A DNA stretch of 64,000 nt from NCBI GenBank assembly GCA_020137815.1, contig CM035359.1:5084001-5148000 (forward strand), written 5' to 3'. Position 1 is the first letter of the stretch. Each line of letters begins with the position of its first letter. The DNA comes from Hormiphora californensis. Lineage: Eukaryota > Animalia > Ctenophora. Shown piece after piece: positions 1-10,917 of this stretch. The position numbers and the translations under genes were made by a program. The notes beneath the pieces were generated by a model, which was given only the letters and a program-made list of their open reading frames with translations, made no database searches and was not told the origin of the DNA.

Positions 1-2
1 TC

Positions 3-245
3 ATTCGGACATAGTCGTGTTACCAGGTTGTTCCTTGTTCGCCGAAAGGAGAAGAATTTCGTGTAGGCATCAAATGTGATGTTCGAAGCGGGACACTGGA
101 GTGTAAAGACACGCGAGTAAAAGTTTATACGCGAGCTTTGTTGCGAGCAATCGTTAGCAAGAAATGGACCAATTTCAGTTATTCTACAGTCGCTGCTGTT
201 TGTTATACGGTGAAATGTAATCAGCACTGCTAGCAGCAACCACAT
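3..245 (-). CDS. 5' part of a putative secreted protein (runs off window)
   Basis: Open frame from ATG at 245 to the window edge: MWLLLAVLITFHRITNSSDCRITEIGPFLANDCSQQ...; hydrophobic signal-peptide-like N-terminus; a tttcag acceptor lies just upstream of the ATG. Confidence 0.5.
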   Translation of the reverse strand, partial: MWLLLAVLITFHRITNSSDCRITEIGPFLANDCSQQSSRINFYSRVFTLQCPASNITFDAYTKFFSFRRTRNNLVTRLCPN

Positions 246-883
246 GTTTGTCTGAAATGAGAACAGGGGGATTGTGATATAATGTTATCGCGATAATTAT
301 ACCCGTCAGCTCAACTGTACAACCCAGAGAGAATCTGAATAATAAAAACTCTGACAATCAAACATGAGGCTAATAAACAGTTATCCGATCACCCATCTGT
401 CCACGAAATAAAAGAGAATAGGGTCAGACAAATGCTCTCAGAAAACAAAAAAAAAAGCTTTCAAAATAAATCTAATCAAATATTCAGGTAAAATGTATTT
501 TAAAACTCGCGGCCGTGCCCCACAATATATAACTTGTCAGTTATGACACTTTCTCACAAAGGAATCTCGGCCGCTAATATAACCATTGTACAGTTGTGCA
601 CCAATCGCCCGCATGTATGTATATTTTAATAATTTGTAAAATCTGCACCTTCATTTTGGAAATGGCTTTTTATTCATTTTGGAAATGGAATTTAAGTACT
701 CTCAAACCACGTGACAAGATTTTAGGGTCACGTGATAACGTTATAGGTTGATACTCTCGCCCAATTCTTGAACATTCTCTCTAGTCTCTGAGAGTCTCTG
801 TCATTAATCTCCCCCCGGGATTTGCCTTATTCGACCCTCCCTCCCCGCGCCCCAATAAAAAGGGTTTGAACAACACAACCCGG

Positions 884-1846
884 GACCAAACCAAACTCAA
901 GACACTCTCAAAGGCAAAACGTTACCTTTTACCAGACCAAACCGAACTCAAGACACTCTTAAAGGCAAAACGTTACCTTGTACCAGACCAAACCAAACTC
1001 AAGACACTCTTAAAGGCAAAACGTTACCGTGTACCAGACCAAACCAAACTCAAGACACTCTTAAAGGCAAAACGTTACCTTGTACCATACCAAACCGAAC
1101 TCAAGACACTCTTAAAGGCAAAATGTTACCTTGATCCAGACTAAACCAAACTCAAGACGCTCTTAAAGGCAAAACTTTACCTTGTACCAGACCAAACCAA
1201 ACTAAAGACACACTTAAAGGCAAAACGTTACCTTGTACCAGACCAAACCAAACTAAAGACACTCTTAAAGGCAAAACTTTACCTTGTACCAGACCAAACC
1301 AAACTCAAGACACTCTTAAAGGCAAAACGTTACCGTGTACCAGACCAAACCAAACTCAAGACACTCTTAAAGGCAAAACGTTACCTTGTACCATACCAAA
1401 CCAAACTAAAGACACACTTAAAGGCAAAATGTTACCTTGATCCAGACTAAACCAAACTCAAGACACTCTTAAAGGCAAAACGTTACCTTGTACCAGACCA
1501 AACCAAACTCAAGACACTCTTAAAGGCAAAACGTTACCGTGTACCAGACCAAACCAAACTCAAGACACTCTTAAAGGCAAAACGTTACCTTGTACCATAC
1601 CAAACCGAACTCAAGACACTCTTAAAGGCAAAATGTTACCTTGATCCAGACTAAACCAAACTCAAGACGCTCTTAAAGGCAAAACTTTACCTTGTACCAG
1701 ACCAAACCAAACTAAAGACACTCTCAAAGGCAAAACGTTACCGTGTACCAGACCAAACCAAACTCAAGACACTCTTAAAGGCAAAACATTACCTTGTACC
1801 AGACCAAACCAAACTCAAGACACTCTTAAAGGCAAAACATTACCTT
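884..1846. repeat. 51-bp tandem minisatellite (~19 copies)
   Basis: Unit ccagaccaaaccaaactcaagacactcttaaaggcaaaacgttaccttgta repeated with few variants. Confidence 0.95.
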
Positions 1847-2598
1847 CACTCACTTCACTTTTTCCCAGACCCATCATTGAATTTTATGTATCATCATGAA
1901 CAGTTTTTATCAATCTAAAAGACCGACCAATACAGACATACCACAAGCGAGGGGCCCTCCAATGTGCACTGCTCTCCCTTTTTCAAGGGAGTTCGTATAC
2001 GGAGCTGTCTGGCGGCGCCAGACCCCCATTTGATTCTGAGCACGTGACAGTGCGCTCAGGTGGGGTCGCGGCGCTGCAGACAGGTACGGAGGGTTACAGG
2101 CTATGCCGTCTCTACCCGGGTGGTATGAGACTTGGCACGCTTCAGCTTAATGCCACAAAAAAAAACAAAAAAAAACACGCCACAAAAAAACACGGCGGGA
2201 TCACGTTGGTTGGTGCTGAATAATTCAGTGAGTTCCACCTAACTTTCAATCGCCCTGACCTCTCCAACTTGGTGTTGGCTCCTTTCTTGTAAATATAGTT
2301 CCTTTTTTTTCCTTTGTTCTCGGATCGCAAAATCAGCTCGAACCCTCTCCTTACTTTTAACAAAAGACACGTTATATGACTATTGAAGAAGGATCCACGT
2401 CCGTAGGGCTGGGTATCAACTCAGTTGACTGCTGACAGTTGATTCAACTGTCAGGGCAGTCAGGCCAATAAGAACAGCTACCAATACTGACTGACAATGG
2501 TCTCATCGGGACATTAGTTGTCGAGTAACACGGCCGCTTGCAGTGGAGAAACGGTATCGTAATGCAAACTTTACGAAGCGTGTAGGTAACAAACACAA

Positions 2599-5429
2599 TT
2601 ATATGTTGATTTCAAGTTCAGCCTGATCTAGCTAGCTGAAAACTTTTCTCACCCGGTAAATCGGGGTTCCGATAAATCGGGGTCCGACTGTATAACTGAT
2701 GTTTTACAGCGAGCGAGAAGTTTATTACAAAATTAAATATTTCATTTTTATAAGCGTTGTAGTTGTTATAATGTTCTAACCCTCGGGGCGTGCGAAACAC
2801 AGTCTAGCTAGGCATCGCGTTAGTTGTTGCACATGCTCCTTTTTGCTAATTTGCTCACGAAATTGGCCAAAATTTCTAAAAACCGTCAGAGATATCGACC
2901 TGAGAGAGATTGACTACCACAAAACCCCTATAAACGCAAAGTCGGGTCGGACGAAGGGAAGCTCTCCTTTTGCGATCATACATTATACGGAATCTACTCA
3001 CCACTTCCAGATGCAGAAACGGGATAGGTTAATTTCAGGTGATGTCCTTTGGCATCCGTTGTCGTGGAGATTTCAGCGTTTATTGTATTTGTAGTAGGGA
3101 GTATTTTGGCGTTAGTCGACTCGTCGAAATAGTAAGATCTCCCGTTTTCCGCCAATGCAAGCTAGGGAAAATATATTTGGCGTGAGCATTACTATCATAG
3201 GTCGGGGTTCAATAACTTTCTCATGAGTCCCATTACTCGCTGTAATATCTATGTTATCATTCTCACCCGATATCCAGTTTTTGTTGTGCCGAATACTGAA
3301 CACGTGACCGTCGCAGTATCGCCTCGCATAACGGGCGTGGTGGTGACCGTCAGCGCTGAAATTATTCGAAATTACCAAATATGGAGTGGGAAAGCAAACC
3401 ATGACCAAATATGGAGTGTTACAGTTAACCATGACCAAATGTGGAGTGTTACAGTTAACCATGACCAAATATGGAGTGTGACAGTTAACCATGACCAAGT
3501 ATGGAGTGTGACAGTAAACCATGACCAAATATGGCGGGTGTAACTTACAATAAGTAGGAATCTCGAAGACTTGATAGTAATGTGCTGCGTTTGCTCCCGT
3601 TGTACTACCACCCTCGTCCCAGAAAACACACGTTACTTGGAGATCGATCCCTTTTTCGTCGCTCTGTGTATAATATATATAATAATAATAATCGCTATAT
3701 CAATAGTAAACATGATAATGTCGTATGCGACTAAATGATACACTGAGAATAAAATTGTGTAGCGGTAAACAAAATTATCATATGCAGATAACCTATATAC
3801 AGTCGGACCCCGATTTACCGGGCCCGACAATTATAATAGTATATAATATATATAATGATACCTTGATATAAAGAGTTGATTTAGCGTTTGTTGAAGAAGT
3901 AAGCGTAAACACGTCAAGAACATCGGCTGGGGATATTATCAGAATATTAGGTCATTATTATACTGGGAACACATTGCAATATTCCCTATGTCCATTACTT
4001 ATACCCGTATAACTCACATGTATTGGCTGCCCCGTAAATCCATTGCCCCTTGTAGTACCAACCGACCTTCCAATTCCCTGCGTTCGTGTGCGTACTAGTC
4101 CATTCAGCAACTTTGTCACAGGCCGACTCATCGCACCCGACTTCCGTTTCGTAGGTAGAAAACGAAACCGCTAAACATTAATTTGATTCGACTCTAATTT
4201 AGAGTGGTTGGTGAACCAATACACGTGATCATGTCCAATTGTCACTTAAAATAGTATAAAACCACTGATAAAGTACAACATGGAGAAAGTATTATGTATG
4301 TGTCCAACAGGAACCGACCGAATCAGGAAATTCTGGTCCCTGATTGGCTGATAACAAGTCACGTGACCTAAATAACGAGTTCTGATTGGTTGTTTACTTG
4401 TTTCGGTAGGTTCCTGGTGTCCAATATATTCTGTTTTATCTGCAGTACTTACAGACATAAAGTGGAGCCACCGTATCTGTTGCAGTGTCAAAGTAACATT
4501 TGATACTGGTGGGTTTAGTACCATCAGCACCCACCCATAGGTGGGTATCGAACTGGGAGTTAAAGATTCCCTCATTGGTCACCTTTAGCAGTTCGTAGTT
4601 GGATTCTGAAAGAGAGAAATTGTAACGATCCATGCACAATGGTAACCATGGTAACCACCTCGTTGTTCTGCCAGATACCATACAATGAGTATAGACCTCC
4701 ATTCACTATCATGATACCGGTTATGTCACAAAAGAACCGGGCCTTCTGAAGCTCTGCTTAGCATGTACGTAAACACAATCGTGTAGCATGACAAAATACC
4801 GGGTTGAATTTCTAGGCAAACTGATTATTAATCGTCGATTACTGACCTGTCGTTATTTTCAGTGGAGAACCGGTTGCGTAACCAACCTCCCAGTGGACGG
4901 GCAAGTTGTCCCAATCGATTGAAGTGCTTGTCAAGTCCAAACTACTCACCTGATAACCAAGATAATAATGGGGAATGGAAACCATGGTAACAGTTATATA
5001 GGTAGCCATGATACTGTAAACATTGGTAACTGGTATGATTGGTAACCATAACAGCGATTGATGTCATGATCATATAATATCACGTATGATATATTGATAT
5101 AAGGAACGTGAACTAACCGTGCAAGTAAAAATATGATCATATCCGTTGGGGAATTTCTCCAGTTTATTTACCCAAGCGATGGCTGGTGACGCACCTGTCA
5201 AAAAACACATGATATACTGGGTGAAAATAGATAAATTCAGTTTGATCTCAACAGATCTTTGCCAGATTTTCGTTTTCCTGATAAAATTTCAGCGTGATGC
5301 CCATGACTAGTAGGTGGCTACTCTTCCCGCTCCGCTCACGAAGCGAGGGTCGATGCCTGACACAGATCGATTAGAAGATTTACCTGTCATGCCAGCCAGC
5401 ATTAGGGCCAGTATAACGGACAGCATCAT
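2599..5429 (-). CDS. Multi-exon secreted protein with about three Ig-like domains; in-frame TGA in exon 10
   Basis: Phase-consistent GT-AG exons 5384-5429, 5118-5194, 4847-4949, 4453-4605, 4018-4170, 3862-3926, 3549-3663, 3267-3355, 3002-3161, then (less certain) 2859-2899 and 2599-2622. Signal peptide MMLSVILALMLAGMTG; Ig-like motifs IFTCT..IDW..IKCYF, STLYIK..VTCVF, GDTATVTCSV..SGRYL*. Confidence 0.75.
2651..2690. mobile_element. Tc1/pogo-like TIR fragment; a second fragment lies at 3800-3828
   Basis: ...gataaatcggggtccgactg|TA here and TA|cagtcggaccccgatttaccggg at 3800; CAGT terminus next to TA. The two pieces point outward, so they are two independent remnants. Confidence 0.5.
3375..3540. 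repeat. 30-bp intronic minisatellite
   Basis: accatgaccaaatatggagtgtgacagtta x~5. Confidence 0.9.
4308..4416. mobile_element. 109-bp hAT-type MITE
   Basis: TIR caggaaccgaccgaa...ttcggtaggttcctg; 8-bp TSD GTGTCCAA; related copies at 27481 and 40786. Confidence 0.9.
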
Positions 5430-6083
5430 GACAACGCGACTTCAAACTTTCCAAACGTTCACAACACCGCCACCACTATAATAACAGGAGATCAAATTGG
5501 GAACAGAACCAAACAATATTTTTGGATCTCCAATTGGCGGAAGGGTGTGATTTATCTCAGACAAACAAGAATGCAAAATCGATGAATATTGAACGTTGTC
5601 ATAGAAACTGTATATCGGAAACTAATCATCTACACCCTCTCATGGTTCTAATTTTCTGAGGAATCAAAAACAGAGATATATATCAGAGCAACATGAGCGG
5701 CCGTCAGCATGGCATTGCAGATCTTAAGATGATCACACACACACAGCTTTGTACATAGACGGAAGACGAGAGAGATTTGTTATTTTTCCTACAACCAAGG
5801 CTAGCACAACACCTGAGTTACGATAACAATATTGTGAGCTCTCTTTCTACCACTGATCACTACTGTACTACTTAGATTCTAGTTCTGCGGTTCATCGGGA
5901 AGATTTCATGTTTATAGATTCTATTAAAGCTTGAACGGAACTAAAGAGACTGAAATATCGAACAAATTATATAAGGGTACATATGAACAAGGAAGGGTTC
6001 GGTGTGGGTCGGTGGGGTCGAACTGGTGACGTGATGAATCAGCTGTACAAAGATAAACACAAGTGTGATCATATTGTGTGTGT

Positions 6084-6618
<535 letters not shown>

Positions 6619-6874
6619 AATAATCGAAGAACCTACCTGGATGCAGAGTAAGCCTTTCTCGTCACTGATCTCTCGCCGATCATGAGGGTCATGAGGATCA
6701 TGAGGAAGGATCCAATCTTTCAAAGTTGTATCGCAACGCAAAGTTGAACTGTCATATCATTTTCCTAAGACAATTTGCAAGAATGTATAATACAAAATTC
6801 CAGAATCAAAAGATATGAAAATCGCCGGTCATATAACCAGCTGTCTGGTATAATCAAAACTTGTTACTTTCTGA

Positions 6875-6965
6875 CCCTAGCTACAGGATTCCTTGTCTCG
6901 ACTGTCCTGCTTCCTACATTGGCCAATCTAAACGACCTGTCCTTACACCCATCGCGGAACACTCA
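6875..6965 (+). mobile_element. Penelope-like element GIY-YIG endonuclease fragment
   Basis: YRIPCLDCPASYIGQSKRPVLTPIAEH matches the PLE motif Y.IPC..C...YIGQT.R.L..R..EH. Confidence 0.75.
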
Positions 6966-7270
6966 AGCGCGAGCGACATCATTGCCTTTCTAACTCCACA
7001 GATTCCTATGGAAACATCAAATCCGCCCCAGCCCGACATGCTTATGTTATCAATCCTCAGTGGAATTCCCTCCTTCCTATGATCACCTAGCCTTCTCCTT
7101 CCGTCCTAGACCCAGCAACATCTCCAACATCGGATAACCTACCGCTCACCTCCCTCGATCTCCTCTCCTTCTATAATAATAAGCTCCCCTCCCTCTGGAT
7201 CACCTGTCTCTTCTCCTCCCTTATAAGGACTACCACCCTCACTCTCATAATGTTTTTAGGGGGTGACCTG

Positions 7271-8339
7271 TGGTGCAGAACTGGGCCAGCCCTGTGTGTT
7301 TGTGTGTGCGTGTGTGTGAGAATGTGTGTTTGTGTCTGTGTCCTATCGCGAAGGTGCTTGTTTTGACGCTGAGTTCTATGAAAAGTACAGCATCTTCGCG
7401 CGCGTGTGTGTGTCGCTTTGGTGACACGCGCGCGCGTTTTCTGAGATCTGAGAGAGAAGAGCGATTGGTTTTTTTGAGAGTGAGTTTTCTTTTGTCGGAG
7501 CGAAGCAACTTTCAAAAGCGTGTGTTCTCTTAGTCAACTGAACTGTAACAATCCTTTACCGTTACTTTTACATTCACAAAAATAAAAGACAACGTGTTTA
7601 CTTTCGCCTTTACGCTCCAGCTGACGGGTACGCCCCATACGTGTCACGAAACCACCCCAAGAACGTCCACTTTACACCATCTGGTGACTTCCAAGGAAAC
7701 GGACCCATCGAAGTAAACTATCACCATGAATAACCACCGTGCCCACTCACCGGTTGACAGCCTTGCCGGTGACATTCAACCTGGAATGGTGGCGCGACGT
7801 GTCTTGGAGTACTCCACACCACGCAACCGGGATATCCGACTGAATCAGAGTGTTGTTAATCGCCAAAGAGCACATTTACCCACTACTTCCGTTGATGCTC
7901 AGATCTTTGAACCTCCGAGGGTCAGACGATCGTTGTATGAAAGATCCCTTGACACTACCAGAAGAGTACCAGAACCGAGAGCAAATGCATCGATCATCAG
8001 CCAAGAGCCACTGTCTCAATGGGATACTATCGATCAGTTTGATCTCAACTCCACAGTAGCTTCCAGTCGACAGGTACGGCCTAAGAGAGTCATCAATGCC
8101 CGGCAGCATCAACAGAACCAACAACCCAGCATACTGCAGGACCAGCGTCCGCCAGAATCATACCAGAATCATACCTAGCGTGTGTTCTCTTAGTCAACTG
8201 AACTGTAACAATCCTTTACCGTTACTTTTACATTCACAAAAATAAAAGACAACGTGTTTACTTTCGCCTTTACGCTCCAGCTGACGGGTACGCCCCATAC
8301 GTGTTACGAAACCACCCCAAGAACGTCCACTTTACACCA
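7271..8339 (+). mobile_element. Internally deleted LTR retrotransposon (Gypsy-like)
   Basis: 5' LTR 7271-7679 (TGGTG...CACCA); PBS-like TGGTGACTTCC at 7682; gag-start ORF 7726-8178; only the last ~162 bp of the 3' LTR (8178-8339); 4-bp TSD CCTG on both sides. Confidence 0.85.
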
Positions 8340-8552
8340 CCTGGGTAGTCCTAGTGGGTGTCTGGTCAATAAGCAAACATTTTGGCGTCCAACCAATAAG
8401 GTCATGACGGATGATGGTGTTTTCCTGCTGATTAGATTCTGAGCGTTCTATGTACTTTCGACCGTCGACGGACCAGTGACCTACGTCCCCGTGAATGAAT
8501 GATCTCTACACAGCTGGCATGGTTTTATTCGTATCTTATCTCAAGCGGAAGT

Positions 8553-8630
8553 CGGAACACGCAAACAAAACGCTATCTTATTCACCTGTCCCGGACAGGT
8601 GAATAAGATAACGTTTTGTTTGCGTGTCCG
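8553..8630. repeat. ~78-bp near-perfect hairpin
   Basis: acacgcaaacaaaacg.tatcttattcacctgtcc c ggacaggtgaataagata.cgttttgtttgcgtgt. Confidence 0.85.
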
Positions 8631-8685
8631 TTTGGCTGCGTACCGTGAACAGGGGGGGGGGGGGGGGGGTGACGTGTCCGGTGTC

Positions 8686-9118
8686 CACTAGGGTTATCTA
8701 TTTGCGCAACGAAAGTCATACTGGAATGTTCGGGCGTCCAGCATGATGACCAGGGGACTTAAGGGGTTCAGAGAATCACTTGCGCGTAGGCAGCAACCCT
8801 GTGGGCGAGCCGTACGGGCCGATAGTTAATAATAGTTTTTTAAAGTTAATAAAAGTTATAAAAAGTTAAAAATGCGCGGCACCTTGAAAAGCCGAAAAAA
8901 ATCAACTTTTTCAGGGTTCCGCGCATTTTTAACTATTTATAACTTTTATTAACTTTTAAAAACTTTAAAAAACTATTATTAACTATCGGCCCGTACGGCT
9001 CGCCCACAGGGTTGCTGCCTGCGCGCATATGATTCTCTGAATCCATTTAGACCCCCGGTCCTCATGCTGGACGCCCGAAGTCTCGAAAAGCCAATTCCAA
9101 AGATCGATAACCCTAGTG
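8686..9118. mobile_element. Palindromic CACTA/EnSpm-type MITE
   Basis: Ends CACTAGGGTTATC...GATAACCCTAGTG; long inverted arms; 2-bp TSD TC. Confidence 0.75.
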
Positions 9119-9268
9119 TCCACCCCGTCCGTAGGATCGCTACCTCGACCCCCTTTTGGGCTTTCGCAACGGATATCGCTGATTGCTAGTTTAAAAAGGG
9201 CGACGTTACGATCTGGGCGTTTGGTGCAGGTGGCCTGTTTACAGGTGCGGGCTGCCAAAAAGTTGATT

Positions 9269-10073
9269 CACTAAAATGGCTCTAACCGGCCTAACCGCCA
9301 AACCACTCAACCGTTTTGGCTAATTCAAAGTTTATCTGGTAGGAAATGTTAACGCCTAACCCCAATCCCAACCCTAGCCCTACTTTAAGTTAAAGTTTAA
9401 CCCTAGCCCTAAAAAACCGTTTGTCAGCACTCACGAAACACCCGTTTAAAAATGAAAATTTTGATTGGTTTCCTTGGCGAACGCTGCTGGCCCCCGCGGG
9501 ATAAGGCAGCGCTTTTCAATTGGTTTCCAAAATTACAAATTAAAAAGTGCTCAAAAATGAAAAGTTTTTATAAGTTTTTATAAGTTTAAATATGCAGTTG
9601 GCTATTTAGACGTAGCGCGCGAATCAATTAATACTGCGACGACGCCGCTAAGACGCGGCGCGCAGATTGGACTAAATTTTAGCTAAAATCTCTACTCCAG
9701 GAGGCCAGCGTTAAAGTGCGTTTCAAACGACTTGACCTGAGATTCCTGGAAATTCAGGATTTCCCCTTTGTAAATACACGCGCAATGCGCCAAATTCCAA
9801 GAATTTCGGGTCAAGTCGCTTGAAACGGACTTTAAAATCTGGGTGTTTGGTTGAAAAGCGCTGCCTTATCCCGCGCTATCGGGGGCCAGCAACGTTTTTC
9901 AAGGTGTTTGGAGTGTTAGCACTGACGGTTTTTTAGGGCTAGGGCTTAACTAGGGTCTAGGGTTAGTGCTGGGGTTTGGGTTGGGGCTAGGGCTTGACAT
10001 TTCCTATCTAATCAGATAAACTTAAGTTTAGCCAAAACGGTTGAGTGGTTTGGCGGTTAGAGCCGTTTTAGTG
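9269..10073. mobile_element. Diverged palindromic (foldback) element with CACTA ends
   Basis: CACTAAAA..GCTCTAACC at 9269 is inverted at 10073; nested inverted arms with CCCTAACC-like tracts; no TSD recognised. Confidence 0.65.
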
Positions 10074-10917
10074 CAGGCTTCTGCCTTCTCCCAGAAACAA
10101 AATGGCACGAAACCTCAAGGACTCCAAACAGTTTACGGCTGCTTATCTCACCGTGAAGATCTCCGGATGGATAAGGTTAGACGATCCAGACGGCTGCTTT
10201 TTCATTTTATCTGTAATAATTTTATCCAAGTGGGATAGTTCCCCACAAAAAATGTAGAATTCGAGTTCTACAGGATTTTAGTGCAGCAACGCCACACGTG
10301 ACAACAAAAATCCGACTTTATGTAACTTGAAACAATATTTTGTTATCTGGTCATATAATTAAGTTAAGGCAACGAGGCAGCAGTATCTCGACGTGTGCAG
10401 CTCCGATTTTAGAATCGGTATCTCTTGCTTTTGCCATCTCTCTGTGAGAAGCGTACTTTCTCTATTCCTTTCTTCCTCTCCCATGATACTAACGTGATAT
10501 AACCAGCGTTGTCTGTTGCATTCCTCACTAATTGGACCCAATTAACGAAACTGCTCGCTGCTAATTAGGTGGGAAGGAGGGGTTATAACGGATGCATTGT
10601 ATCACACTTGAAGAAGTTTGTTTTGTGTGAAAACTGTAAGTTCTGCCAAAATCTGCTTTGTTTAGTAAACACCGATGTCCGGTTTATGAGAAGGCTCCTA
10701 TTCACACTATAATGATAGACATGAGGAGAAGTCTGTGTGTGTGTACTGTGCATGTTGTTGACCGTGATATTTTGATCTACTAATTGCCTCCAGCTGCCTC
10801 TGCAGCAGGTGATAGTGTGATCAGTAGCCGCCTTTGGAATTCATCCAGGGAGATTGCTATGGAATTCAGCGAGTAGAGGAATTTGGTCATTGAGAAATGA
10901 GAGAGGTATATTATATA

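Noticed and set aside
866-1144. 92-aa repetitive ORF
   Set aside because: Translation of the 51-bp minisatellite; stops appear in later units.
884-1846. CRISPR-like regular repeats (also 50710-51592 and 61865-62322)
   Set aside because: Head-to-tail units with no unique spacers, eukaryotic context, no cas genes.
9355-9412. Telomere-like CCCTAA tracts (mirrored at ~9935-9992)
   Set aside because: Degenerate and part of the foldback's inverted arms; not an interstitial telomere.
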